64,000 bases of DNA, taken from Octopus vulgaris. Lineage: Eukaryota. Of the stretch, positions 13,020 to 26,265 are shown in pieces (position 1 is the stretch's first letter; each line of letters begins with the position of its first letter). Made by a program: the position numbers and the translations under genes. The notes under the pieces were generated by a model, which was not told where the DNA came from, did no database searches, and was given only the letters and a program-made list of their open reading frames with translations. Location of the stretch: NCBI GenBank assembly GCA_951406725.2, contig OX597819.1:89280001-89344000 (forward strand). The letters are read 5' to 3'.

Positions 13020-13050
<31 letters not shown>

Positions 13051-13379
13051 TCCACACATGGTTCAGTGGTTAGAGTGTCGGGCTTACAATCATGAGGTAG
13101 TAAGTTCAATTTCTGGACCAGGTTCTGTGTTGTGTTCTTGAGCAATACACTTTGTTTCATTTTGCTCCAGTTCACTCACCTGTAGAAATGTGTTGCAACA
13201 TCACTGATATTGGCCTTCATATTTCCCTTAGTGTTGAGGGAAGAATGGTAGGCATGGGTGACAGCTGCTCATCCACAAACAGTCTTGTCTGGATTTGTGC
13301 CTTGGTGAACTTTCTAGGTGCAATCTCATGGTCATTCATGACCAAAAGTGGGGTTCATCCTTTACCTTTTTATGTATGT

Positions 13380-14345
13380 ATAGATGAGATGCAGTTTGGT
13401 TTTGTGCCAGAGAGAAGCACCACTGATGTTATATTTCTGGTAAGGCAACTGCAGGAGAAATATATAGCCAAAGATAAACCTTGTACTTGACTTTTGCTGA
13501 CTAGGAGAAAGCCGTTGACAGGGTTCCTCGATCCCTTATCTGGTCAATGTGAAAACTAGGGATAGATGAGTGATTGGTGAGAGCTGTACAAGCCTTGTAC
13601 AAGGATGCTAGCAGTAAGCTGAGGGTTGGTAATAAGTACAGCAAAGAATTCAGGGTAGAAGTAGGGGTTCACCAAGGATCAGTCCTCACACCCCTCTTGT
13701 TCATTAAAGTCCTCCAGGCAATAACAGAGGAATTTAAGACAGGCTGCTCTTAGGAACTCCTCTATGATGATGATCTTGCTCTTATAGCTGAATCACTACC
13801 AGAACTAAAGAAGAGGTTCCAGGTATGGAAGCAAGTTCTAGAATTGAAGAACTTTAGAGTTAACCTAACAAAATCCAAAGTCTTAGAAAGTAGAAAGGCA
13901 GACAGATCACAAATCCCTCTTGATAGATGGCCCTACCCAATCTGTAGGTAAAGCATAGGTAAAAACTCCATAAGATGTACCCAGTGTAAGCTTTGGACAC
14001 TTAATAGGCAGTAAGCTGGCAGAAATGTTAGCACACAGGGTGAAATGCTTAGTGGTATTTCATCTGTCTTTACGTTCTGAGTTGAACACCTGCCAAGGTT
14101 GACTTTGCCTTTCATCCTTTTGGGGTTGATAAATTAAGGACCAGTTGTGTACTGGGATTGATCTAATCAACTGGCACCCTCCTCAAAAATTTCAGGCTTT
14201 GTGCCTAGATTAGTAAAGAATATCAGAGGAAGGTTAATAGGGAAAATAGCTATTGTATGTGGAAGATGCACAGGTACAATAAACACTGAAAATATACAGA
14301 AAATAGACTCGATCGACAGTCGTGGGGGTGGGTAAGCTAGAGGTA
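13380..14345 (+). mobile_element. RTE-clade LINE reverse-transcriptase fragment interrupted by a family C SINE (~14005-14225)
   Basis: IDEMQFGFVPERSTTDVIFLVRQLQEKY, a DxEKAxDRVPR-like motif, GVHQGSVL and LLYDDDL, with stops and frameshifts. Confidence 0.9.
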
Positions 14346-14869
14346 ATGATGATAGTAACATTGCCAGATCGGATTGGAGCCTGGTGCAGCCTTCTGGCTC
14401 ACCAGTCCTCAGTCAAACTGTCCAACCCATGCCAGCATGGAAAGCGTACGTTAAACGATGATGATGACGATGATGATGATGATGATGATGATATATGTAT
14501 ATAAAATCTAACTAATACCGTAACCGTCCTTGTAACTGGTTTAGATCTATATATATGAGAACCATTGAGAAAAGAAAGTGAATTCATGTAAACAATGTGA
14601 GTTTTTTTTTTGTATCTGGTAATGTTTGTGTGTGTGTGAGAGAGAGAGAAAGAAGAGAGAGAGAAAGAAAGAGACGAAGGGAGAAAGCGGAAGAGAAAAT
14701 GAGAGAGAGAATGTTTAGGTGAGTCAGTGGTTGGTTATATATTTGCATGCTTGTGCATATATATTTGAGTATGGTTGAGTATTTGAGTTGCATAAAGTAA
14801 AGGTAGAATAAAAGTATTAGTCTGTGTACATAAAGAGATGAGTATATGAATGAAGGGGTTCGTGAATGA

Positions 14870-15577
14870 AGATGCATGCATGTATGTATGTATGTATGCA
14901 TGTATCTATGCATACATGTATATATGCATACATGTGTGTATGTATTTATACATCTGTGTATGTTTTTATGCATGTAGGCATGTATGTATGCATGTATATA
15001 TGTATGCATACATGTATATATGCATACATGTATGTATGCATGTATGTATGCATGTATGTATGCATGCATGTATTTATGCATCTCTGTATGTGTTTATGCA
15101 TGTATGTATGGATGCATTTATGCTTGCATACACGTATGTTTTTATGTATATATGTATGTATGCATGTATATATGTATGTACATATGTATGTACATAAATA
15201 TGTGTGTATTTATGTATGTACGTATGTGTGTGTGAATGAGAGAGAAAGAGAGAGAGAGGGGAAGATAATGATAAACAAAAGAGTCTGTATTTGTATCAAT
15301 GTGTGTCAGTGTGAATGTATGAGAGAGTGAAGGAAAGAGAGGAAGACGAAGAAAAATATGTGTAGGTAATTGTGTGTGAATGTATGTATGTCTGTGCATG
15401 TGTATGTATGTATGAGTGTGAATGTATGTGTATATGTGAAGATAAATGAAAACAAAGAAAGAAAGTGACTATGTGTGTGTAACTCTATGCGTGTGTGTGT
15501 GTGTATGAGAGTGAATAGATGTGTATAAGGGAGGGTGAATGAATGAGAGGGCAAGACAGAGAGTATGTGTAATTATG

Positions 15578-15611
<34 letters not shown>

Positions 15612-15760
15612 TGTGTGTGCATGTGCGTAAATGTCTGTATGTCTGCAGGGGCCGGTGAATGAAAGAGACAGGTAGAGAATGTGTGTATGCATGTGTATAT
15701 GTGCATGTCTGTGTATGCATGAACGTGTGTGTGTGTGTGTGTGTGTGAATGTGAATGAGT
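14870..15760. repeat. Degenerate (TATG)n/(TG)n/(GA)n simple-sequence block
   Basis: Low-complexity arrays. Confidence 0.9.
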
Positions 15761-16609
15761 GTGAAGCGAATGCCAATAAAAGAAAAATTAATTAGATTAA
15801 TATAAGAAATTGCTATATTTAAAGTATGACACATGATTAGAATAAAAGGGAACCAATATAGAAATGATTATATAGAATGTTTGAAATATAGAGGTGACTG
15901 CATACAATATTATATAGAAATGACTATATAGAAATGTCTAATGCACAAGTGGTTATATTAGAGTGTCTGTGATATCATAATACGCAACAGCCAACTTTTG
16001 GAGTGTGGGCGGTTTGTCCAACAATTTTTCTCTGTTTGTCTCTATCTTCTGCTGTTCTTATTAATTGTTGCTTGAATGGCATCAAATCTCCAAAGAAATT
16101 CTGATGTCTGGAATGTTGAAGTGGCCACAGAGAATACTTAATGCAAAAGAGACTATATAGAATGTTTGTATTGTAGAGGAGATGATACAGAGAGAAGTCC
16201 AGAGTTTGCTTCTCAGCCACATTGTTCTTGGTTCGGACCCACTGCATGATACCTTGAGCAAGTGTTTTTACTATAAACTCGGACTGACCAAAGCATTGTG
16301 AGTGGATTTGATAGATGGAAACTGAAAGAAACCTGTTGCACATCATCATCATTTAACGTCCATTTTCCATGTGGACATGGGTTGGAGGGTTTGACTGAAA
16401 ACTGGTAAGTTAGTAAGCGGCACCAGGTTCCAATCTGATTGGACAGTTTTTACAACTGGATGCCCTTCCTAACACTAATGTATATATCAGTATATATGTG
16501 TGTGTGTGTGTGTGTCTTTAACTCCACCACCATTTGAGAACTGGCATTATCTTGTTTACATTCATATGATTGAGCAATTTAGCAAAATCAGACCAATGGG
16601 ATAAATACC

Positions 16610-16842
16610 TATTTCTTTACTACCCACAAGGGGCTAAACACAGAGAGGACAAACAAGGACAGACAAATGGATTAAGTCGATTATATTGACTCCAGTGCAT
16701 AACTGGTACTTAATTTATCGACCCCGAAAGTTTGAAAGGCAAAGTCGACCTCAGCGGAATTTGAACTCGGAATGTAATGGCAGACGAAATATGGCTACGC
16801 ATTTCACCCGGCATGCTAACGATTCTGCCAGCTAGCTGCCTT
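16610..16842 (-). mobile_element. tRNA-derived SINE, family C (ggcggtgagctggcagaaacgttagc head) with ~15-bp TSD
   Basis: B-box GAGTTCAAATTC and conserved core gcctttca..ctttcggggtcgataaattaagtacc. Flanks aatgggataaatacc and aatggaataaatacc. A second copy at 17044-17274 has TSD ccatttccaat(g/a)ttct. Confidence 0.85.
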
Positions 16843-17599
16843 AATGGAATAAATACCAGGCTTAAAAAAAACATAGGTAGTGGGGTCAATTTATTCAAGG
16901 TTGTGTCCCAGGATGATCACAGTCTAAAGACTGAAACAAGTAAAATATATGTGTGTGTACCTGTCCCCTTGGCTTGATATTATATGACAGATGTAAATGA
17001 GTGTCTCTGTTATATAAGTGGTGTCATCCATTTCCAATGTTCTTATTTCTTTATTGCCCACAAGGGGCTAAACATAGAGGGGACAAACCAGGACAGACAA
17101 AGGGATTAAGTCGATTACATCAACCCCAGTGCATAGCTGGTACTTAATTTATCGACCCCGAAAAGATGAAAGGCAAAGTCGACCTCAGTGGAATTTGAAC
17201 TCAGAACGTAACAGCAGCCGAAATACCGCTAAGCATTTTGCCCGGCATGCTAACGTTTCTGCTAGATCACCGCCATTTCCAATATTCTGCAAGAACATGT
17301 CCGACCCTGGGGAAATATTACCTTGTATGGAAATGGGTGAGAGTTGGTAACAGAAAAGGCATCTGGCTACTGAACATCCTCAATAAACTTTGTCTGACCT
17401 ATGCAAGCATGAAAAAGAGGACGTTGGAAAGATGATGGCAATGATGAATGCATTCTTAACAGCTAATTTTACTTGATAAATTACAGGTCCATTAACAGTT
17501 TTTGGTAACACAGAATATATCTACAGATTTCAGCTAACACTGTATGTAATATGTTTCTGTCTGAACCCTCTACATGTTACAACTTTTATATTAACACTT

Positions 17600-17725
17600 T
17601 ATTGGCCTCAGGATAATGGCTATGAAACTACTGATTCAACTCTGGCCAAATTGACAAAACTTTGGTGAATTATCCATCTGCTGACATCAACATTTCTGGA
17701 GACTTCACCATCCACCATAAAGGCA
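17600..17725 (+). mobile_element. Old CR1/Jockey-like endonuclease remnant
   Basis: Reads IDKTLVNYPSADINISGDFTIHHK, a GDFNxHH-like motif. Confidence 0.4.
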
Positions 17726-18305
17726 AGTTACATTCGAATCAAGAGTTAAACATGAAATGACTTCTTTTCATTACAGATGTAATCTTAAATGCTGTTTGGA
17801 AGCTTGCTTTTGCAACCATATGGCTTTTGAGTTCAGTCCCCACTGTGTGATATCTTGGGCCTAGTGGCTTCTACTATAGCTCGAAATCAGCCAATGCTTT
17901 GTAATGGATATGGTAGATGGCAACTGTGGAGGTTCATTGTGTGTGTAAGTATGTATATATATTGTATGCTCTCGTAGTCACACCAGTTTATCCTGCTTCA
18001 ACCTCCAACACTTTGGACTTACTACTACCTGAACTTTCTGTACCTCTCCTCATCTACATACAAGAATGCCACCCAGATTACCACCAGATATACATATGAA
18101 TTTCACTGGACTCTTCTGTTGATGAAAAATCACTCCAATACACCACGATGTTTGAATCTTTTTGGACTTTTTTGAACTTTCTGTTTTTTCTTCCTTGTGT
18201 TCCTTTCTGTTGAAGAGCGTGGGCTAGAAACATAAAGGACCTTCTCACCTTCACAAATATGTATATATATATATATATACATATTTGTGTGTATCTGTGT
18301 ATCTT

Positions 18306-18338
<33 letters not shown>

Positions 18339-18477
18339 ATATATATATATTTGGTGTTAGGAAGGACATCTAGCTGTAGAAACTCTGTCAGATCAGATTG
18401 GAGTTTGGTTCACCAGACCTCAGTCAAATCGTCCAACCCATGCTAGCATGGAAAGCGGACGTTAAATGATGATGATG

Positions 18478-18551
<74 letters not shown>

Positions 18552-19699
18552 GTATATATGTGTGTGTGTGTGTATCAGTGGTAAGAGCATCAACCTCACA
18601 ATCATGGGGCAGTGAGTTCAATTCCTGGACTGGGCTGTGTGTTGTGTTCTTGAGCAAGACATTTTATTTCATGTTGCTCCAGTTCATTCAGCTGTAGAAA
18701 TGAGCTGTGACACCACTAGTGCCAATTTATTTTGGCCTTTGGCTTTCCCTTGGAGAATATCAGTGGAGTGTAGGCTGGCATGCATGGATGACTTCTGGCC
18801 TTCAAACAAGTAAAAAAAAAAAAAGAGTAAAAAGGGTCCTAGGGTCAGTTTGTTTTGACTAAACTTTCTAGGGTGGCACCCCAGCATGGCTGCAGTCCAA
18901 TGACTGAAACCTGTAAAATGTAAAAGAAGATCCTAATGCTGCTTTGCTTTGATGAATTTGTATAAACACAGGCAGTCTACAGTCTGTCTATTTCTCCAAT
19001 ATGGGCTACAAATTCCAAAAGGTTTTTCAAAGATTGTAGACTGGGTTGCTTTATTTTCCCAACAATCAAGTGATAGAATCTTTTCCATTTGTTTTTGTTT
19101 TTGTTTTTTTTTGGGTGGTGGTGGTGGTGATGGTGGGGTCATTTTTTTTTTTTACTGTTTTATTATTAAAAGTTTCTTTGTCAACACTTAAATGTTAAAA
19201 TAATGTTTGAGAAATTCTCATTCCATCAAATTACACCACCATAACGTAGGTGGCTTCTGCTGCATGCGCATGTGTGTGTGTGCTTTGGCAAGAGTGTGTA
19301 AGTACATGAGAGAGAGAGAGGGAGACAGAGTAGGAGAGAGGGAGAGGGGGGAACGGAGAGAAAGAAAAAAAGAAAGGAAGGAAGAAAGAAAGAATGAAAG
19401 AAATCAACAAAGAAAAAGTATGTTTTTCTTCCTTTTATTTCTGGTCTTAAATTTTGGTAACACTTATTCTTGCTTTTCTTTTTCTTTTTTCCGCTCTTTC
19501 CTTCTTTTTCTCTTTTGTTTTTTTTTTCGTCTCCCAACTTGTTTCTTTTCCTTCTCCTTGCTTCTCCTTCTTTCTCTTTTTTCTTCCTTTTCTTCACTCT
19601 TTAATGTCCTCCCCCTCTTTCATCCTTCCCTCATCCCCCCTTGTTCCAGCATCTCATTCTTTGTTTTCTCTCTTCTTGCTTCTACTTCTTTATTTGCTG

Positions 19700-21230
19700 C
19701 TGTTGTTGTCAGTGTTGTTATTGGTGGTGATGGTGATGATAATGATGATGGTGTTGATGATGGTGGTGGTGATGGTGGTGGTGGTGGTGCTGTTGGTGGT
19801 GGTGGTGATGATGATGATGATGGAGGTGGTGGTGATGGCAGTGATAGTGGTGATGGTGATGGTAGTGGTGGTGGTGGTGGTGATGGCAGTGATAGTGGTG
19901 ATGGAGATGGTGGTGTTGTCATTGGTGGTGGTGGTAGTGGTGATAATGGTGGTGGTGCTGATGAGGGTAGTAGTAGTGGTGATGATGATTGGAATGGTGG
20001 TGGCTGTGGTGGTGGTGGTAATGGTGGTAGTGATGGCAGTTATAGTGGTGATGGAGATGGTGGTGTTGTTGTTGGTGGTGGTAGTGGTGATGGTGGTGGT
20101 GGAGGTGGTAGCAATGATGGTGATGGTGGAAATGGTGGTGGCAGTGATGATAGTGATGGTGGAAATGGTGGTGGCAGTGATGATAGTGATGGTGGAGGTG
20201 GTGGTGATGAGTGGGATAGTGGTGATGATGGGGTGATGGTGGAATGAGTTGTTATCTATTTGTGTATTATTTATTTGTAGCATTCAACACACCACAAACG
20301 AATTAAAATCACATTTTCATTTACAAAGCCGGTAATACTTCCACTGGAATGCTCCTACACAAACTCACACACACATACACACACACATACACACATGCAC
20401 ATACACACACACATACTTACTCACTTATTATTCATTCAGTCACAGCTGCGTGCATGTGTGTGTATGTGTGTGCGTACATGGTGGGGGGAGCATGCAAGGT
20501 TTGGTGGTGATGGTGGTGGTAGTGATAGTGGTGGTGATGGTGGTGATGGTGATAGTGATGGTGGTGATGGTGGTGGTGGTGATGGTGATGATGGTGGTGG
20601 TGGTGATGGTGGTGGTGATGGTGATGGTGATGATGGTGGTGGTGGTGATGGTGGTGGTAGTGATGGTGGTGATGGTGGTGGTGGTGATGATGATGACGAG
20701 GATGATGATGATGACGACGCTAATGGTTGTGATGATGGTGGTGGTGGTGGTGGCTGTGGTGGTGATGATTGTGGTGGCAAGGGTGATGGTGATGACGGTG
20801 GTGGTGATGGCAGTAGTGGTGGTGGTGGTGGTAGTTGGTTTGACTAGCAACCCCACCTCTGCCCACTGCACCCTTCATGGAAGCTACACCATCTTTCTCA
20901 TCAAGAGACATGTGGTGTTGTGTATTTTAAAAATAACGCAGTGGAAATTCACGGCCAATCAAATAAACATATTCCACAGCTTGTCATGAGTAAAAGCAGA
21001 ACATCTGAAGACACTACGTATGGCAGCATCACCGCATCCCTAACAGATGTGGAGAAGTCTCTTAGAGAGGGTGCTTGTATGGTGAAGGCAATGATGATAA
21101 TGAGAATGGTGGTGGTGGTGGTGATAGCAATAGTGATGTTGAAGATGATGGTGGTGGTGGTGATGATAGTGATGATGAGGGATGAAGCTGGTGATGGTGG
21201 TGGTGTTGATGATGGTGATGATGATGATGG

Positions 21231-21267
<37 letters not shown>

Positions 21268-21712
21268 AATGATGATGATAATGATGATGTTAGTGGTGGT
21301 GACAATGATGATGGTGAAAGGGGAGGTGGCAGAATGGTTATTGTGATGGTGGCGGTGACAATATCGATGAAGAGGATGATGGTGCTGATGGTGGTGGCAA
21401 TGGTAGTCATGATGATGGTGGTGTTAATGATGCTAATGATGATGACAGTGGTGGTGGTGGTAGTGGAAGTGATGCTGATGGAAGTGGTGGTGATGTTGAT
21501 GATGGCAGAGTGTAATGATATTGGTGCTGATGATAGTGATGGAGGCAGTGATGGTAATGATGATGCTGGTGATAATAATAATAATGGTGGTGGTGGCAAT
21601 GGTAGAGTGGTAGTGATGATGATGATGATGATGATGATGACGTTAATGGTGGTGATGGTGACGATGGCAATGAAGAGCATGTTGTTGTTGTCAGTAGTGG
21701 TAGTGAAGGATA
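19700..21712. repeat. Three degenerate (GGT/GAT)n trinucleotide tracts (19700-20245, 20500-20840, 21080-21712)
   Basis: Cryptic trinucleotide simplicity that opens long ORFs on both strands. Confidence 0.9.
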
Positions 21713-23502
21713 ATGAAGAACAGAGAAGGACAAGTCCATTCCAAAATGGAAATTACTTGCTTTGTATATGTCAAGAAAACAAATTCCAATTGTTGTTGTT
21801 GTTGTTGCTTAGCCCCAACTCAAACCTGGTCAAGGAGACTTCTAATCAAAAGCTATCCCAGCTTTCTCATCATCATTATTGCCAATCCAGTATGTCCATT
21901 TTGTTGGCTTTTTGTAAGGTAGTAGGCAGGATTTGGGAAGGTTTAGCTGCTATTTTTAGCAGGTCAAGTAATCATGTAAAGTTGTGGTTCTTAACTGAGG
22001 TTCATATGACCCTGGTGGGTGGGGGCGATGTCCATGTAAGGTTTTGTTGTTAGAATTTATCTGCAATAAACTGCATAAACTTCTACAACATACAGAATAT
22101 TTTAAAATTTTTATACAATTCATCCTCCTCATCATGTTTTAACATCTGCTTTCCATGCTGGCATGGGTTAGACAGTTTGACTGGAACTGGTATGCCAAGA
22201 GCTGCACCAGGTTCCAGTCTGATTTGGCATGGTTTCTAAGGCTGGATACCCTTCTTAACACCAACCACTCCAAGAGTGTAATGGGTGATTTTTACCTGCC
22301 ACTAGCATGAGTGTTGTTTACATGTCACTGGCAGCGGCCACGACCATGGTTTCACTTGGCTTCATGAGTCTTCTCAAGCACAGCATATCACCAATGTCTC
22401 AGTCACTTGTTCTTGCCTCCGTGAGGCCCAACATTCAAAGATCATTCTACCAGCAATGGACATGATTACGATTCACAGATACCATTTACATGACACCACC
22501 AACAGCCATGACTACAATTTCACTTGGCTTGACATCCTTATAATATTTAATCATAAAAATACAGGTTTTATTTTTATATATACATCAAATGGCTCTGGAG
22601 TAAAATAGGAATGAAAGTAAAATAAAAGGGATGAGAGTAAAATAGGAATGAAAGGGGTCAACAGACACAAAAATGGTTGTGAACTGTTGCTGTAAAGGCT
22701 CTTGGTTTGGACAGTGGTGGAAAGTGGGCAGTTGTGGTTGTTGGCTTGTCCTAAGTCAGTCCTGATCAAATAGACTTATAATCAAAGACATTCCAGCCAT
22801 GACCATCCTGTTTTTTTCCTTATGTGCAAGGAATCCAGAAGGACTTTATCCAAAGTGTCTCCTACATTTTTTTTTAATAAGATTTTCTATATTTGTGTTT
22901 CCCAACCATTTTTATTTTTACCTATGCATCCCTTTCATTTCTATTTTATTCTACTGGACCTTCATATTCATTTAATGTTTAAAAATATCCTATTATACTT
23001 TTTATAATCAAATATTATTAGGAACTGAAAAAAAATTGTTATTTTTTATATTGTAAAATTATAATTTATTGCACATAAACCCTGACAGTAAAATATTGAA
23101 TGGACTTCAAGGATCATATGAAGCCTGGTTAAGAACCACCATTCTATATGGTTCAACCATAGAGTCCAATCTTTGTTGTAGTGTAGTGGCTTGTATGCTA
23201 GTCAAACTGACTCCCACCCCCACCACCATAACTGCTGCAATCTAAACTTACCTGCCCTCTGTGTATCCAAACTCACACACATATTGGCATGCTCCTGTGA
23301 GTCATGCCAACAGAACCTGGACAGGCCAAAGGATAGAGGCTGGACAAATATGGACCACCTCTTCCCAGAGGTAAAAATGAATTTGTGTAGGGCCAACACC
23401 TACCTCTACCTGGGCAAAAAAGTTACAGAAACATCAATGACATTTCAAAATCAACAAAACCAGAGAGAAGAGGACAGTCTCACAGGATAGGTCACTCCTT
23501 AA

Positions 23503-23723
23503 CCCTTTCGTTACCAACCTGGCTGAAACCGGCTCTGGCTCTTTAGTATAAATGTCTTGTTTTCATAAGTTTTGAAGTCACACCTTCCACCAAATCTTCA
23601 TCAAAATTTATGTTCCTAACACTAGCTGAATGATAACGAAGTTATTTTACTAAATTCTTTGTTATATTTAAAATAATTGAAAGAAACACAGAGCATCTCA
23701 AAATAAATACAGTAATGAAAGGG
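23503..23723. mobile_element. TTAA-flanked piggyBac-type MITE
   Basis: TTAA|CCCTTTCGTTAC...GTAATGAAAGGG|TTAA. A reverse-oriented relative lies at 27895-28113, with degenerate ones at ~55590-55795 and ~55980-56232. Confidence 0.8.
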
Positions 23724-23727
23724 TTAA

Positions 23728-24245
23728 TCCTTTAGCATTTAAACCGGTCATATCCGGCCCAAATATTCTACAAGTTTTATGTTCAGACTGGCCAGATCCA
23801 GCTTCTCACACCTACACTTCAAAGTAGAAATAAACAATTGCATCGTTGAAATCTCAAAGCAACATGTTAGTGCATGATAAATTCAAAACAATGTGAATAA
23901 ACAAGTATTATAGTTAACAGAAAAGGTGTGTGGCTTAGTGGTTAGGTTACTCAGCTCATGATAATAAGGTCAGGAGTTCAATTCCTGATGACACATTGTG
24001 TCCTTGAGCAAGGCACTTTATTTCACATTGCTCCAGTTCATTCAGCTGGCAAAAATGAAGTGTACCTGTATTTCAAAGGGCCAGCCTTGTCACATTCTGT
24101 TTCACACTGAATCTCCCTGAGAACTACATTAAGGGTAAGTGTGTTTGTGGAGTACTCAGCCACTTGCATGTGGCTGAGCACTCCACATTGATCAGATCAA
24201 CTGGAACTCTCATTGTCGTAACCATGTATTCTGAATGCTAAAGGG
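23728..24245. mobile_element. Second TTAA MITE family sharing a TTAA with the previous MITE; carries a family A SINE
   Basis: TTAA|TCCTTTAGCATT...AATGCTAAAGGG|TTAA. The same right end occurs near 28830 and 62365. Confidence 0.75.
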
Positions 24246-25357
24246 TTAAGAAAAATCCCAGAGTTGAGAACAGTGAAGAAAAATTTTTGATAGTCTATGC
24301 TCCATAAGAGTGCGAAGGGCTTAAGTAATTCTATATGGTTGCTCAGTTGAGAAGAAATAGCAGCCAAATGCCACTGAAATTACTTCCTTTGTCTTGGAAA
24401 GAGAGGAATATGGTTAATGTTAGATACTTAACACCTGACTGAAGAACTGGAGAGTTTTGACCAGAATACATTTTTCATAGGTCTACTTGATAGATCAGGC
24501 CTGACCTAGGGTTAAACAATACATAGTTGTGTACTAAAACGTTATATCTTCCAACAATATCATATAACGTAAAGACCAGTATGTTGCTCTTCATTTTAAA
24601 GTTCGCATGTCATATTAAAATTAATATATTTGAAAAGAAAAGAAAACTTGTGTGACTAAGTCTTGCTGTTTGTAGTTTAATTGCAACTTATTGGTTTTTC
24701 ACAATATAGCATGTGAATCTTAATGATCAGTTATCCTTTAGAGATTTACATTGTTTTAGTTTTTGTGGTCATAACCTTGATATGAATTCCCAGTGGGACA
24801 GTGTCATGTTTAGTATTATATCAGTAATATCCATTGAAAGGTCCCATTTGAAACATTTAAATTCACTTCTCACAGTATATAAACTATATTTGGCTTTGTT
24901 AACGTTATAGAGACCAAAGTGTGTCACTCTTCATCTGCCAACATTCTCTACTTTTGCTTTCTTCTTCTTCTTCTCTCTCTCTTTTTTTCTCTAGTATGAT
25001 TTGTCTTTTTAATCATCTTTTACTTGTTTCAGTCAGTAGACTTTGGCCATACTGGAGCACCACCTTGAAGGTTTTTCCCTTTTTATAGTTGAATAGATTG
25101 ACCTGACTACTCATTTTTTAAAAAAGAATTAGTCTAGTACATATTCTGTTGGTCTCTTTTGCCAAACTGCTAAGTCACAAGGACCTATACAAACTAAGAC
25201 CAGTTGTCAAGTTGCAGTAGTGGAATAAACACAGAAACAAAGGCACATACACACACACACAGATACATACACACATGCATACATGTATGCATGCATGCAT
25301 GCATGGATACATGCATACATACATACATGCATACATACATACATACATACATATATA

Positions 25358-26265
25358 TTGGGTCATCCCATAAATAATGCGGTTTTTTCAATTGCATGAA
25401 CTAAAAGTCCGAGGGGAACGGGATAAACTACCTGCATCAACTTACTATAAAAGCAGGTAGTAATTTTACCTTGTGCAAGTTTTGAAAAGTGCAGCTTGAT
25501 TTTAACAGTTATTTTTTTGAAGGTATAATGGAAGTGACAAAGGAGCATAATTGGCATATTTTGCTTTATGAGTTCAATAAAGACAACAACACAATGGAAA
25601 GTGTGAGGAACATAAATGCAGTATATGGGGATCGGACAATAAGCATAAGCCAGTGTCAACAGTGGTTCCAGAAATTCCAAGCTGGAATCCACAGCCTAGA
25701 ATACGAGCCATGTCCTGGAAGATCTGCAGAGCTCAATAAGGACGTCCTGTAAACCCTGGTGGAATAAAATCTCATTTTAACTGTTGAGAAACTAGCAGAG
25801 AAACATTGATTTGGTCATTCAGTCATTCATCAACACCTGTGCTAGAAGTAAAATGACCATCTTTGGTTTCAAGAAGAGAAGTGTTCTTTCTTCAGGATAA
25901 TGCTTGGCTACATACAGTGAGGATGACATTCCAAAGGTTGGAGTAGTTTGAATGGGATATGATGCCCCACCCACCATATTCACTGGACATTGCACCATTT
26001 CATTATGATTTATTGTGCAGTCTTCAAAATCATTTGGATGGAAAAAATATGAATTCTATAGATGAGGTCAGAACAGTATTGGAGGAGTATTTTTTGTCAT
26101 GGTCAAGTGAATTTTGGAAGAGGGGCCTTGCAAGTCTACCAGATAGATGGAAGAGCATTCTAGTAAATGAAGGAGAGTATATTTTAGATTAAAAAAGAAC
26201 TTTGTTTATCTTAATTTTGAAAAATAAAAGTATAAAAAATCCACATTATTTGTGGGATGACCCAG
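25358..26265 (+). mobile_element. Mariner transposon, internally deleted, both TIRs and TA TSD intact
   Basis: TA|TTGGGTCATCCCATAAATAATG...CATTATTTGTGGGATGACCCAG|TA. HTH region MEVTKEHNWHILLYEF..WFQKF and catalytic HPPYSLDIAP (YSPDLAP-type). Confidence 0.92.

Larger units (their letters stand above)
23170..24330 (+). mobile_element. Old non-autonomous RTE-derived element (5' UTR-like part joined to 3' end), interrupted by two MITEs and a SINE
   Basis: Shares tggacaggccaaagga, tagggccaacacc, gttacagaa and the end gtctatgctccataagag with an inverted copy at 28835-29205. Confidence 0.45.

Noticed and set aside
18974-19044. 13-bp stem cagtctacagtct/agattgtagactg
   Set aside because: Single short stem with a ~45-nt loop and no other support.
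19207-22053. Long ORFs of 346, 260, 377 and 243 aa encoding Gly/Asp-, Val/Met- or Thr/Pro-rich proteins
   Set aside because: GGT/GAT repeats lack stops in several frames on both strands, and the ORFs run through GA/TG microsatellites and repeats.
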